From IMG/VR virus record IMGVR_UViG_3300000439_000004, positions 1 through 64,000 of that record: DNA of 64,000 nucleotides. One strand, written 5' to 3'. The stretch comes from a virus. Lineage: Duplodnaviria; Caudoviricetes. Under the pieces are notes generated by a model. The model searched no databases, was not told where the DNA came from, and worked only from the letters and a program-made list of their open reading frames with translations. Shown here in pieces: positions 9,763 through 20,505 of the stretch (position 1 is the first letter of the stretch; every line of letters starts with the position of its first letter). The translations under genes were made by a program, and so were the position numbers.

Positions 9763-9996
9763 ATGGCTTTACAATCGGCAGCAACATCAAATGCAGCATC
9801 TTTGGCAACAAGAACTGGGTGTACATATGTTAATTCATTAATTACTGGTGCAACTGCATTGGGTATAAATTTCGTTAGAATAGATAATCAGTATGTTGAT
9901 TCTACTGTATTAGGTTTATTACAAGCAAATGGTTATCAGGTAACTACTAGTTATAATGATATTGGGACATATGCTTCTTATTTAGTTACTTGGTAA
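9763..9996 (+). CDS. Small hypothetical protein
   Basis: ORF with upstream TATTTATA motif. Confidence 0.6.
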   Translation: MALQSAATSNAASLATRTGCTYVNSLITGATALGINFVRIDNQYVDSTVLGLLQANGYQVTTSYNDIGTYASYLVTW

Positions 9997-9998
9997 GG

Positions 9999-10448
9999 AT
10001 GAAGAAAAAAATATTTGATAATAAAACGGACAAGATACTATATAGGGTATTGAATGAATCTATAATAAGTTACAATCCAGAAATGATTGATAAGTTTGTT
10101 ATGGAAGCTGGTAATGATTTATCATCATTTAAAAACATTTTAAATTCTCATTTGGGTAAAGTAAGTAATGTAAGTATTCAGAATATTATTGATGATAGAT
10201 CACTATATATTCAGTTACATGAAAAGATGGAAACTAACCATAGGATTATGTCAGGTAAGCATTCAAAATATTTTAATATTATTGATATGTATGATGTTCG
10301 TGAAATGCCTGATAATGTTAGGAAATTGGAATTGATTACGGATGATATAGATAGGATATTAAATGAATATGGTATTTTACCTGGTTATTTAGATGATCTA
10401 ATAGAGATGTCCAAAAAGATAGAAAAGATGATAGGAAACCCCCAATAA
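9999..10448 (+). CDS. Hypothetical protein
   Basis: ORF-track 9990..10448; ATG at 9999 preferred. Confidence 0.6.
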   Translation: MKKKIFDNKTDKILYRVLNESIISYNPEMIDKFVMEAGNDLSSFKNILNSHLGKVSNVSIQNIIDDRSLYIQLHEKMETNHRIMSGKHSKYFNIIDMYDVREMPDNVRKLELITDDIDRILNEYGILPGYLDDLIEMSKKIEKMIGNPQ

Positions 10449-10486
10449 TGGGGGTTTTTTATTATGTATTAAAGTATTTATATATT

Positions 10487-10765
10487 ATGAAAATTATAAT
10501 CACAGAAGAACAATTAAAAGGAATAATCAATGAGGAATTTAATGATGATGATTTATTTGTTAAGGGATGTGTATTAAAGGGATTTAATTTACAACTATAT
10601 AAAAAGGGGTTTAGTAAATCATATACAACTGAGAATGACATTGTGACAGATCATCTTATTATCCGAATAAATGAATGGATTAAAAAGGAGTTTCCATATT
10701 CACCTGTATTTGTTAAAAAAGAATTGGGGTATAATAAAATACAATTTTTTAAAAAAATAAATTAA
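10487..10765 (+). CDS. Hypothetical protein with shared leader
   Basis: MKIIITEEQLKGIINE; TATTTAT at about 10475. Confidence 0.6.
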   Translation: MKIIITEEQLKGIINEEFNDDDLFVKGCVLKGFNLQLYKKGFSKSYTTENDIVTDHLIIRINEWIKKEFPYSPVFVKKELGYNKIQFFKKIN

Positions 10766-10766
10766 T

Positions 10767-11048
10767 ATGACGATAGGGGATTTATGTGAATTTAAGATAA
10801 ATTTTGAGGATGCTGATTTTTGGTTAATTAGGAAGGGGGATAAGATGAGTGTTGGTAAACCGACAAATGAATTTAATCCTGAACATATTGGGGTTAAGGT
10901 GATTGCTAGGGATATATTAGATCCAAAATATTTATATTATATGTTTATGTATTTGAATCAAAATGGTGAACTTAGTAAATTATCATCAGGTACATTAAAA
11001 TTGCAACATATAAGAATATCAGACATTAAAAATATTGAAATAGGATAA
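10767..11048 (+). CDS. Type I R-M specificity-subunit-like small protein
   Basis: ILDPKYLYY...SGT..HIRISDIKNI resembles HsdS TRD C-terminal part. Confidence 0.45.
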   Translation: MTIGDLCEFKINFEDADFWLIRKGDKMSVGKPTNEFNPEHIGVKVIARDILDPKYLYYMFMYLNQNGELSKLSSGTLKLQHIRISDIKNIEIG

Positions 11049-11329
11049 TGAAAATAATATTAACAGAAGAACAAATTAAAAATTTAATTACTGAAACAAT
11101 TAAAGATGGTTATGTATTATGTGATAATTGTAAATGGAAATGGAGTTTAAAAGATGGTGGTAAGGATAAATATAAATGTCATAAGTGTGGGCATGACAAT
11201 GATCCAAAAAATGAGAGGTTTTTGAAATGTAGGGAATGTAATAAAAAATTTACGCAAACAATACATAAGGGTAAAAAGTCATTACCGATATGTACATATT
11301 GTGGTGCACATAATACTCAATATAAATAA
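11048..11329 (+). CDS. Double zinc-ribbon protein with shared leader
   Basis: Four CxxC motifs; MKIILTEEQIKNLITE. Confidence 0.65.
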   Translation: MKIILTEEQIKNLITETIKDGYVLCDNCKWKWSLKDGGKDKYKCHKCGHDNDPKNERFLKCRECNKKFTQTIHKGKKSLPICTYCGAHNTQYK

Positions 11330-11404
11330 ATTATAAAAATGTGGATAACAAAAAAGGGAAGTATTTAACACTTCCCTTTTTTTATGACCTTGTGAATTAT
11401 TTAT

Positions 11405-12217
11405 TTAATATTTTGTTCCGCAATTTGGACAAAATTTATGTGAATCTTTTTTCTTTTTTGTTCCACATTCAGTGCAGAAAACTTTAATATCTTCTTTCTC
11501 CAAAAGTTTTTGTGATAATGGTAAAATTTTCCATTTTGATGTATATGACTCCCAACTATTAAAACTTGAGTTATTGTATGTAAAACTTTGTTTTGAATCA
11601 GAACCTTTTTCAATTCTACCAGTTTCAATTGAATCATTTGTTGATAATGATTTTTTGGTATCACTTAATGTACCTGTAAATGGTAAACTACTATTTGTAC
11701 TGGTAAATGTTGCATTTGAACCAACAATATTGGTATTAGTAGATGTGAATGTTGAAAGATTTCCGGAACCTAAAGTTGTTGTATTATATGTTATTCTCCT
11801 ATCATATGTACCATTATTATATGAACCACCATTTAATATTAAAGAATTACCATAATATGTTGGTGTAACATATTCATGATAGAATTTAACTTGTACTGAA
11901 CCATTATCGACTATTGCTTTTTGAACTTCATTACTTGAACCTTCAACATTATAAGTTTCAAATAAGAATTTTTTTGCAACGTCTAAGTATCTTTCAAGAT
12001 AAATTCTTTCACCAGGACGTAATATAATACCGTTTCCTATTGAATTTCCGTTTAATTCGATCTTTGCTAAGACTTTTGATTTTGTGGGGTTAAATAGTTC
12101 TATTTCGAACTCATCACCGTTGTTTAGGTATACGGTGTCATTGTACTGCTTTAAGCGTTGTTTTCCTTTTGAAACAAACGCAGTGGGAGAAGCATACCCA
12201 TTGATTGTTGTATTCAT
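11405..12217 (-). CDS. Hypothetical protein with C-terminal zinc ribbon
   Basis: FCTECG...KFCPNCG. Confidence 0.7.
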   Translation of the reverse strand: MNTTINGYASPTAFVSKGKQRLKQYNDTVYLNNGDEFEIELFNPTKSKVLAKIELNGNSIGNGIILRPGERIYLERYLDVAKKFLFETYNVEGSSNEVQKAIVDNGSVQVKFYHEYVTPTYYGNSLILNGGSYNNGTYDRRITYNTTTLGSGNLSTFTSTNTNIVGSNATFTSTNSSLPFTGTLSDTKKSLSTNDSIETGRIEKGSDSKQSFTYNNSSFNSWESYTSKWKILPLSQKLLEKEDIKVFCTECGTKKKKDSHKFCPNCGTKY

Positions 12218-12366
12218 TTCCTTATATTTTTTTTTGTATTTGATTCCCTATTTGTTGGTATTAATTCCAACTCAAATGTATCTAAGTACACTAGGACATC
12301 AATCACAAGGTCTTTTATAAATATAGAAAATTTCATAAAATAATAAATATTTATTTAAAAAAAGTT

Positions 12367-13206
12367 ATGTTATTAAAAAAAGGGTCAACAGGAGATGACG
12401 TTAAAAAACTCCAAACAAAATTAGGATTAACTGCTGATGGTTCTTTTGGACCTGGTACAGAAGCTGCGGTTATTAAATGGCAATCAGATAATGGTTTAAC
12501 TGCTGATGGTGTTGTTGGTGATGGTACTTGGGGAAAAATGTTTGGTACTGTTACTGAATCTTCACCGATTGTTTCTAGTGGGTCATTAGATTTAAACAAA
12601 TTAAAAGGTAAAGTTCCTCAATCTATTTTTGATGTTTTACCTGATGCATTTGCGAAATACGATATTAACACTCCATTAAGAGCGTCACATTTCTTAGGAC
12701 AAATTGCACATGAAAGTGGTGATTTCACTATTAAGACTGAGAGTATGAATTATTCAACACCTTCACGTATTGTTGATATTTGGCCATCTCGTTTTAATTT
12801 GGATGGATCTGGTAATAAGAAAAATGCTAATGGTTATATTAAAAACCAAGAGTTATTAGCTGAAGCGGTATATGGTGGTAGAATGGGTAATAATAATCCT
12901 GGTGATGGTTTCCGTTTCCGTGGTGGTGGATTTCTTCAATTAACTGGTAAAGAAGCATATCAAGGATATGCAAAATATCTTGGTAAGAGTGTTGAAGAAA
13001 CTGCAGATTTATTACGTACAGAAAACAAATATGCATTAGATGCCGCTTGTTGGGAATATGTGATTAATATGAAATTAAATCCTGTTGCTGATTTAGGTTT
13101 AACAGAGGAAGTTATTGTTAGAATAACTAAAAAAATCAATGGTGGAATAATTGGTTTAGATGATAGGAGAAGTAAAGTAAAACATTACTATTCAATATTG
13201 GGATAA
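12367..13206 (+). CDS. Endolysin: peptidoglycan-binding domain + GH19 catalytic domain
   Basis: GSTGDDVKKLQ..ADGSFGPGT PG-binding repeat; FLGQIAHES, FRGGGFLQLTGK, ITKKINGG. Confidence 0.9.
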   Translation: MLLKKGSTGDDVKKLQTKLGLTADGSFGPGTEAAVIKWQSDNGLTADGVVGDGTWGKMFGTVTESSPIVSSGSLDLNKLKGKVPQSIFDVLPDAFAKYDINTPLRASHFLGQIAHESGDFTIKTESMNYSTPSRIVDIWPSRFNLDGSGNKKNANGYIKNQELLAEAVYGGRMGNNNPGDGFRFRGGGFLQLTGKEAYQGYAKYLGKSVEETADLLRTENKYALDAACWEYVINMKLNPVADLGLTEEVIVRITKKINGGIIGLDDRRSKVKHYYSILG

Positions 13207-13239
13207 AAAAAAGGAGAGTTAAACACTCCTTTTTTATTT

Positions 13240-15111
13240 TTAGTATCTTCTTCTTTTACTTTCTCTTATATCCGTTAAATCATCATCATTTTCCGGATTT
13301 CTTTCAATATTAGGGTCTGTTGTTAATTTTGGATTATACTTTTTAATTGTTTCATCATTACTTTTGAATTTAGGTTCAATTTCATTCCATTTTTTACCGG
13401 TTAAAAAATATCTTTTTATTGGTCTGTGTAAAATTGGCCATATTGCAACAAAATTAGTTTCATCATTTGGATCGTTTGTTTTACTATAAATTTCGACATT
13501 ATATGTTGTATTACTTTCAATATCCATACGTGGTATTATTTTTAGAATTTTATATCCACCATCTGGTGAAAAATTATTACCATCAACTGATACCCATTTA
13601 AATGTTTTTGAATTAAATAAACCAACATGACAACCTTGGTTTAATTTTTTACCTTTTTCTTTAAACATTATTAAATGGTGTTTTGATAGTTCAATACTTT
13701 TACAAACAACTTCATAATTTGTTTTAATGATATTAGCAACAATATCTGCAACACCATGTTCTATATGTAATTGGTCTTTTAGTCTATGTTCCAATTCTTT
13801 TAAGAAGTTACTTTCTAAAATTGCAAGATAAAGTTCTTGTGTTTGAAATCTTTCTAGGTATTCATTATTTTCCTTTTGTGATTTATTAATGTATTGTAAT
13901 CTTTGTTCATCATCCATTGATTTCCATGAAATACCTTTTGTTATATATCTACCAGCAGCAATATAATTTGTTTTTTCTTCTGGTTCTCTTTTTGAAAATT
14001 CATATGGACTAGTGGGATCTTCATTCATTAATTGAATTACATTAATTTCTGTTTTATCACCTAATTCTGAAATATTAAATGGTACTTTTTTAAATAAAGA
14101 ATAAACCTTTTCACCATTTTCCAAATCGTTATTTAATTTAGTGTATATTTCTAATAATTTTTCTAAAGTGATTGTTGGTTCAGGATATGGGTTTGAAAGA
14201 TTGGATAATCTACCAAAATCATTAATATCTTTATGTTCAGTTGCTTGGAAAGCCGATATATAATATAAATTATCTAATGAAATTGTTTTATCTGTATTTC
14301 TATTTAATTCTTCACCTTTAAATGGGTTTTTATCTTCATCTAAAATAAAATAAAATGTTCTATTAGTTTTTGGATTTTCGACTCTATATGATGTCCACAT
14401 ATTATCATCACCAGTTCTTGTTATACACCATTTTTGGAAACCACCGGTACGTTCATTATAATTTTTTTGTGATTTATTTAATTTTTCAGCAACAAACCCT
14501 TCATAATAACCAAAACTTTTAGATTCTGCAACATTTTTTATTGAAAAGATTTTAAATCCGTTACTATCGTCATATATTTTTCCAAAATTACCTTTCCATA
14601 ATTTTTCATATGAATCGTTAATTTTATCGTCATTAATGATCCAATTATTTGTTTTAAATTCATTAATCATTTTTTTAAATTCATCAACATTGTTTTCAAC
14701 CTTAAATAAATCAGATTTATATAATTTACTTAAAAATTTTATTTCATCTAATGTATAACTTAATATGTCTTTTAATGGTTTATTAAATTCTGGGAATCTT
14801 CTTTTAAAAGTTAATATTTGAGGAACGTCAACTTCTCTTTCTATCATTTTAATTCCAGGTTTTAATATTTTTTTGTTTTCAGCATCATAAGTAAATGCAT
14901 TTTCTCCTGAAATTGTTTCACCATCTTTATTAACAAAAAATTTCTTTTTAACTTTTTCATTAAAACCACTACTTTTACTATCAAACCAATCTTTAATTTT
15001 TTGTATTTCTTCTTTATCTGCAACACCCCATTTTGTACTTAATTGTTGAAAAAGTTTGTTACTAATTTCAGCTTCAACAATAATATTATAAACCAATTCC
15101 TGTATTTTCAT
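13240..15111 (-). CDS. Large hypothetical protein
   Basis: Long ORF; probable start MKIQELVYNIIVE at 15111; KWCIT..W.SY...TFYFILD segment. Confidence 0.65.
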   Translation of the reverse strand: MKIQELVYNIIVEAEISNKLFQQLSTKWGVADKEEIQKIKDWFDSKSSGFNEKVKKKFFVNKDGETISGENAFTYDAENKKILKPGIKMIEREVDVPQILTFKRRFPEFNKPLKDILSYTLDEIKFLSKLYKSDLFKVENNVDEFKKMINEFKTNNWIINDDKINDSYEKLWKGNFGKIYDDSNGFKIFSIKNVAESKSFGYYEGFVAEKLNKSQKNYNERTGGFQKWCITRTGDDNMWTSYRVENPKTNRTFYFILDEDKNPFKGEELNRNTDKTISLDNLYYISAFQATEHKDINDFGRLSNLSNPYPEPTITLEKLLEIYTKLNNDLENGEKVYSLFKKVPFNISELGDKTEINVIQLMNEDPTSPYEFSKREPEEKTNYIAAGRYITKGISWKSMDDEQRLQYINKSQKENNEYLERFQTQELYLAILESNFLKELEHRLKDQLHIEHGVADIVANIIKTNYEVVCKSIELSKHHLIMFKEKGKKLNQGCHVGLFNSKTFKWVSVDGNNFSPDGGYKILKIIPRMDIESNTTYNVEIYSKTNDPNDETNFVAIWPILHRPIKRYFLTGKKWNEIEPKFKSNDETIKKYNPKLTTDPNIERNPENDDDLTDIRESKRRRY

Positions 15112-15171
15112 AATAATATAAATATAACAATAAATATTGTATTTGTATATAAAATCAACTATATATGTAAT

Positions 15172-15741
15172 ATGCAAGAAGAATTAATCACAAAAGTTGG
15201 ATATTATTCCATATATCAAATTAAAACATTAAAATCAATAAAATATAAAGTCGATAGTGGTAAAACATTATATCTTAAAAAATATAAAAAGTATGTTATA
15301 AATCCTTATAGAGATGAAAAGGAATTTGATAACATTGAGGATGCTAAGAAATATATTAAAAGTAAATTAAGTAAAAAAACAAAAGAAAAATATAAGAAGA
15401 TTGCAAAGTTACCAAAATCACTTTATTTGGTATTAATTAGGGAAGAATCTTCGGATACTTTATTTGTTAAGGTTGGAATTACGTCTAAACGTTTTATCGT
15501 TAGAAGATTTAGTAAGGTATATGGATATGATGGTTATAAAGTTGAAACCATATTGAGGAGAATAGATACACCTGATGCCGAAAAATTGGAAAAAGAGATT
15601 AAAGATAAGTTAAATAAAAAGAGGTCAGTAAAAAAATACCGACCTCTTTTAGAGTCATTCTCAGGATATTCTGAATGTTTTGATTATTTGGGGTTGAATG
15701 AAATACTTGATGTGTTTGATAATTTAACTAAAAATGCTTAA
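15172..15741 (+). CDS. GIY-YIG/T5orf172-like protein
   Basis: LYLVLI..FVKVGITS..RRF; probable start MQEE. Confidence 0.5.
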   Translation: MQEELITKVGYYSIYQIKTLKSIKYKVDSGKTLYLKKYKKYVINPYRDEKEFDNIEDAKKYIKSKLSKKTKEKYKKIAKLPKSLYLVLIREESSDTLFVKVGITSKRFIVRRFSKVYGYDGYKVETILRRIDTPDAEKLEKEIKDKLNKKRSVKKYRPLLESFSGYSECFDYLGLNEILDVFDNLTKNA

Positions 15742-16079
15742 TTAATTTGTTTAACTACGAAATTTGGTACGAATTGTAATAATGTTTTACCAAAGTAAAC
15801 ATTTTCAATTGTTCCTTTTTTATCAATTGTGACCATTCCTTGACCAATTGTTGGAACTTTCGCTAAAGGACCAGCTTTAAAATTTTTACCCATTTCTGTT
15901 GATAAATAAAGGTATCCATCTTTTTTAATTTCACCTTGGAAGTTAGTTTTACGATTATCAAATGCAAATGTGAATTTACCTGTTGGTTGATGTTGTTCGG
16001 TAATTTTAGTTTTATGTTCTTGAATTATGTTATCAAGAATATTTTTCATTTGGCTTTCTGTGAATATATATTTTTTCAT
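15738..16079 (-). CDS. Hypothetical protein with shared leader
   Basis: MKKYIFTESQMKNILDNIIQE. Confidence 0.6.
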   Translation of the reverse strand: MKKYIFTESQMKNILDNIIQEHKTKITEQHQPTGKFTFAFDNRKTNFQGEIKKDGYLYLSTEMGKNFKAGPLAKVPTIGQGMVTIDKKGTIENVYFGKTLLQFVPNFVVKQIN

Positions 16080-16096
16080 AATAATAAATATGTCGA

Positions 16097-16717
16097 TTAT
16101 TTGGATTGTAAAAAAACAGATAAATAACCTGCTAATCTATACGATCTATCCATTAAGAAAAGTTTTTCCTTTTCTGTTAATTTTTTTGGTTCTCTAAAAT
16201 CAATACCTAAAGTTCCAATACATTTGTTTGTTGCAATATCATATAATGCAATTACATATGATGATCTTGTTCCTGTTGCTTCTGCTGCTGGTTTTAAACC
16301 AAAAGTTGCAATTGTATCATCTAAAAAATCAGGAATGAATATGTAACCATTATTAACAAGTTCTGTCATTGCCTTACAATAAAGTGAAAGGGGAATATCT
16401 TTAAATAAATAAATTGCGGAACTAACACCAGGTTTAGTGTCTTCATAGGTTATTGAGAATTTTTGTATTGATTTGTTTGAATGTAAAAAATGACCACCAT
16501 TATGAAATTGAGTAATCCATATCCTATCACCATCCAATTCTTCTCTCATTGATGATAAATCATCTATAATTATTATATTTTTATCAATGTCTTTTTTTAC
16601 TATATCATAATCTTTAAAAACCTTTCTTTTGATGTGTTCAAATATAAATGGTCCTATTAAACTTGTTATAACTGCGGCACTAATAGTACCAATAATTTCC
16701 CATACGTGTCCACTCAT
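16097..16717 (-). CDS. TM + GAF-like domain protein (possible holin)
   Basis: N-terminal TM helix, DRIWITQFHNG, IGTLGIDF GAF-like strands. Confidence 0.45.
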   Translation of the reverse strand: MSGHVWEIIGTISAAVITSLIGPFIFEHIKRKVFKDYDIVKKDIDKNIIIIDDLSSMREELDGDRIWITQFHNGGHFLHSNKSIQKFSITYEDTKPGVSSAIYLFKDIPLSLYCKAMTELVNNGYIFIPDFLDDTIATFGLKPAAEATGTRSSYVIALYDIATNKCIGTLGIDFREPKKLTEKEKLFLMDRSYRLAGYLSVFLQSK

Positions 16718-16805
16718 TATTGTAAGTAATTTTTATATCAAATAAATATATTAAGATTTTTCTTTTTCCACTTTTTTAATTATTATTGTACAATAAAAAT
16801 ACGTT

Positions 16806-17360
16806 ATGAGTTTGATTATTAATTTTTTTGGTGGACCTGGTATAGGTAAAAGTACACAAGCAGCTGGATTATTTACAAAAATGAAAAAATCACATATGGA
16901 TGTGGAATTAACATATGAGTTTCCAAAGGTGGTTGCATGGGAAGAAAATCATTCTGCAATTAAAGATCAGTTTTATATTACTGCAAATCAACATAGAAAT
17001 ATCAGTAGGTTATATGGTAAAGTAAAATATATTATAGTTGATTCACCAATTATTCTTGGAATGGTTTATAAGGATAGATATAGTGTAGAACCAGAATATC
17101 CAGCAATGTTTTATGATGAAAGTTTTGATCATTTTGTTTTAAATTTATTTAAAAAATATAATAACTTAAATATATTTTTAAATAGAGATGATAGTTCCTA
17201 TGATGAGAATGGTAGATTTCAAGATTTAAACGAATCAAAAGAAATTGATGAAGATATTAAAAATAAATTAATTACACATAAAATACCATTTATTGAATTT
17301 AAAGTTGAAACAAATACAAGTTCTGATATATTTAAATATATAAAAGAACAAAAAATATGA
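16806..17360 (+). CDS. P-loop (NadR/AAA_28-like) kinase
   Basis: GGPGIGKST Walker A; IIVDSP. Confidence 0.75.
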   Translation: MSLIINFFGGPGIGKSTQAAGLFTKMKKSHMDVELTYEFPKVVAWEENHSAIKDQFYITANQHRNISRLYGKVKYIIVDSPIILGMVYKDRYSVEPEYPAMFYDESFDHFVLNLFKKYNNLNIFLNRDDSSYDENGRFQDLNESKEIDEDIKNKLITHKIPFIEFKVETNTSSDIFKYIKEQKI

Positions 17361-18028
17361 AAAAAATTTTATTATTAATTGTGGTATTAGTATTCTCTTT
17401 TGGATTTGCCACACGAATAAATGAAGAAGTTATTAAATTAGTCCACACAAATTACACTAGTTTTTACAGTAAAGAGTTACATTATCCATTATTAGTAGAA
17501 TGGTGGGAAACTACCGCTAAAGATGCTTGTCCTAATCAATTACCTCGTAAAGATCAATTTGGTCCTGATCCATACTTAAAACTTGAAACAAATCTACAAA
17601 AGGACTATGACTTAGCAAATAAAACCCATAAAGAAAAGGGTTTAAAAGGTTTTGATAGAGGTCATATGTCACCTGCAGCAAGTAACGAATGTTCAGGTAA
17701 TGAAGTTTTAAGTGAATGTTTTTATTTTTCAAATATGGCACCACAATATCATTCATTAAACGCTGGTGATTGGAAAACATTGGAAACATTAACAAGGGAT
17801 ATTGCAGTGAAACAAGATTCGGTTGAAGTTTGGGCTGGTTCTATTGGTGTTGCTGAAAAATTTGGTTCATTATCAATTCCAACAAAATGTTGGAAAGTAA
17901 TCTATATAGTTAAGACAAAGGAATATCAGGCTTATATTTTTAATAATACTCCCGATAAACCAACAGGTCTTGAATCACATAAAGTTAAGGTTGAAGATGT
18001 TGAGAAATTAACTGGATTTAAATTTTAA
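17357..18028 (+). CDS. Secreted DNA/RNA non-specific endonuclease
   Basis: Signal peptide; FDRGHM, FYFSNMAPQ..LN.G.W. Confidence 0.9.
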   Translation: MKKILLLIVVLVFSFGFATRINEEVIKLVHTNYTSFYSKELHYPLLVEWWETTAKDACPNQLPRKDQFGPDPYLKLETNLQKDYDLANKTHKEKGLKGFDRGHMSPAASNECSGNEVLSECFYFSNMAPQYHSLNAGDWKTLETLTRDIAVKQDSVEVWAGSIGVAEKFGSLSIPTKCWKVIYIVKTKEYQAYIFNNTPDKPTGLESHKVKVEDVEKLTGFKF

Positions 18029-18070
18029 TTATTAAAAAATTATCCTTATATTTGTATAAAAATAAAAGTT

Positions 18071-18274
18071 ATGATTTTAAATAAGGAATTAATTAATCTT
18101 AATAATAAGTTATATTACATATACCGTAAGGTAAATAAGAACTCAATAAACGAAGGATATTTAAGTGATGTAAAAGAATATTGGGATTGTCCGATGGTTG
18201 TTAAACATAATCAAAATCAAGACATTCTTCTTTTCTTACGAGAAATACCTGATGCTGAAATAGTGAAAGATTAG
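18071..18274 (+). CDS. Hypothetical protein
   Basis: ORF with TATATTTG promoter; ends TAG TAA. Confidence 0.55.
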   Translation: MILNKELINLNNKLYYIYRKVNKNSINEGYLSDVKEYWDCPMVVKHNQNQDILLFLREIPDAEIVKD

Positions 18275-18291
18275 TAAAAAACCCCAATATT

Positions 18292-18660
18292 TTATTGGGG
18301 TTGGTTATTTTCTGTAGTGTCAGTTTTAACAACTTTCATTGGTTTTTTAAATGGTTTTGATAATTCATTTACAGTATCAAAATTATTTGATATATCTCGT
18401 AATATTGCTGCAAGTTCAAAATTTTCATGTTCCTCATTTTTTTTCATAAGAATTAAAATGAAACTTTTTATTTCATCATCATTAAATTTTCCTCTTGATT
18501 TAATAAGATTTTTCATTAGTTTTAGAACAATGTATTGTACTTTAACCCTTTTTTCAGGTACCACACTAAAATATGTATTAACTGTAACGTTAGACAAAAT
18601 TCCATTAGTTACATTATCTAAAAATAAAATATATGTTGGGTGATTTACGTTTACGTTCAT
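18292..18660 (-). CDS. Hypothetical protein (UVR-like ENFELAA motif)
   Basis: ENFELAAILRD. Confidence 0.55.
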   Translation of the reverse strand: MNVNVNHPTYILFLDNVTNGILSNVTVNTYFSVVPEKRVKVQYIVLKLMKNLIKSRGKFNDDEIKSFILILMKKNEEHENFELAAILRDISNNFDTVNELSKPFKKPMKVVKTDTTENNQPQ

Positions 18661-18728
18661 TGTTTTCTGTTTAATATAAATACTTTATCAGATAATAAAA
18701 AGGGGGAATTTAATTCCCCTTTTTATTT

Positions 18729-19103
18729 TTATTTTCCCCATTTACCTTTTTTAACTAATTGGGCGATAATTGAATATGTGGATAAATCTTGGTAAGTATC
18801 ATCAACCGATTCTCCAACATTATCTTGTGCATTTAAAACAATCATCTGTTTAATTCTCTGAATTTTATCATTCATTCGGAAAAATAAACCCATTTGTGAT
18901 AATTTAATATCTTCTGGTTTTGATAAATCTTTCCCTAAAGAAATGTTATCAGGTCCATAATTGGATTGTTTTTTACAAAACAATTCATATTGTTCCCTCA
19001 TAATTTTTTTAAACTCCCTGGTCATTTCTGGATATTTTGCTTCAATCTCTAATACAACCGGATCTGTGGGTTGTTTTACCTGTACTTTGTTCTCTTCTGA
19101 CAT
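18729..19103 (-). CDS. Nucleotide-modification-associated (Nmad1/DUF1599-like) protein
   Basis: KQSNYG..RMNDKIQR..ESVDDTYQDLSTYSII. Confidence 0.7.
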   Translation of the reverse strand: MSEENKVQVKQPTDPVVLEIEAKYPEMTREFKKIMREQYELFCKKQSNYGPDNISLGKDLSKPEDIKLSQMGLFFRMNDKIQRIKQMIVLNAQDNVGESVDDTYQDLSTYSIIAQLVKKGKWGK

Positions 19104-19173
19104 AATTTTTTTGTTTTTTCAAATATAATCAAAATTCTTCAGTTTTCCAAATATTTATATAAAAACATTTAAA

Positions 19174-19422
19174 ATGGCATCAGACAAATATAAACAAATG
19201 CAAGCAACCGGTGAGAAAACAAAAACCGACATGCCGAAACACAAACAACTAATTCAAATGTTATCATTTAGAGTTGTACCAGCATATTTCAAAGAAATTG
19301 AAAAGGTTGCAAATCATAAAAAAATGACAGTATCTAAACTTATTCGTTCATACATTAAAGAAGGTATGAAAAGAGATAAAGAAATTACTGGTTCAGAAGG
19401 TAATGAATTCAGGGTAGATTAA
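19174..19422 (+). CDS. Ribbon-helix-helix-like protein
   Basis: MLSFRV....EKVA...MTVSKLIR. Confidence 0.55.
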   Translation: MASDKYKQMQATGEKTKTDMPKHKQLIQMLSFRVVPAYFKEIEKVANHKKMTVSKLIRSYIKEGMKRDKEITGSEGNEFRVD

Positions 19423-20442
19423 TTATTTATTAAATCTATTAAAAGAGTTTTGGGTGATAAATACATATTCTGAATTACCAATAAAATCTTCTATACTTTT
19501 TTTGTTTTGATATGACATACATGATTTTAAATACGATTCAAAATTTTCAGTCCAACCTTTTATAGTGTATTCCACTTTATTGTATTTTTTTATACCTTCA
19601 GATGTTTTTATATTAGTTTTACCCCATGACTTTTGTACTTCTTTAGTACTCATACCTCTATATTCTTTAAAAACAAGTTCACCGTAATTAAATCTTTCTA
19701 AAGATTCTGCATAATTTATTTTTTTATATTCACCATTAATATACTGATAATTATCGCCACAAGATTCAATTGATTTGTTTATAATACCACCAAGCATTAC
19801 AAAATCGGCACCTAAGTTATAGGCTTTAAATATTTCATCAAAATTCTTAAACCCACCATCAGCGACAATTTTGGTTGAGGAGTCATTTGAAATTTTAATA
19901 TCGTAACATTCTTTAATTAATGAACCCATAGGATAATGGATTGAAGTATTCGCTGAGGTGGTGCATACTTGACCTCCACCAATTCCACATCTTACAAAGT
20001 CGACATTTATTTCACAATATAATCTAAAAGTTTCCGGATTTGCTATATTACCCACCATTAATTCTATATCAAATATTTCTTTAATTTTCTTCGCTAAGTT
20101 AAAAACTCTTATTGAATGTGCATTAGCAACATCAATAAGAACCCTATTTGGTAATATCCCATAATTTTTTATTATTATTTCTAATTCATCTAAACCGTAA
20201 GATATAAAACATTCATCATCATATTCTTTTTTATTTGTTGGATTTGTTCTTGGTATGCAAACTATATACCCTAAATTAGTGAAAATTTGATAATTTTCTT
20301 TATTAACAACAGTATCCATTGGTGCCACCATCAATGGTAATTTCCCATTTTTTAATATGTTTATTTCATTTCTACTTGAAATGTCACTCATCGTACACGG
20401 AATTAACGATATATCGTTAAAATCAAATTTAATATTTTTCAT
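19423..20442 (-). CDS. IMP dehydrogenase/GMP reductase family protein
   Basis: APMDTV, IDVANAH, GIGGGQVCTT, VADGG, YRGMST. Confidence 0.85.
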   Translation of the reverse strand: MKNIKFDFNDISLIPCTMSDISSRNEINILKNGKLPLMVAPMDTVVNKENYQIFTNLGYIVCIPRTNPTNKKEYDDECFISYGLDELEIIIKNYGILPNRVLIDVANAHSIRVFNLAKKIKEIFDIELMVGNIANPETFRLYCEINVDFVRCGIGGGQVCTTSANTSIHYPMGSLIKECYDIKISNDSSTKIVADGGFKNFDEIFKAYNLGADFVMLGGIINKSIESCGDNYQYINGEYKKINYAESLERFNYGELVFKEYRGMSTKEVQKSWGKTNIKTSEGIKKYNKVEYTIKGWTENFESYLKSCMSYQNKKSIEDFIGNSEYVFITQNSFNRFNK

Positions 20443-20505
20443 GTTTTCTATATTTTAAAAGTCATATGACCATTTGTTAGATATTTACAAATATAATGAA
20501 AAAAT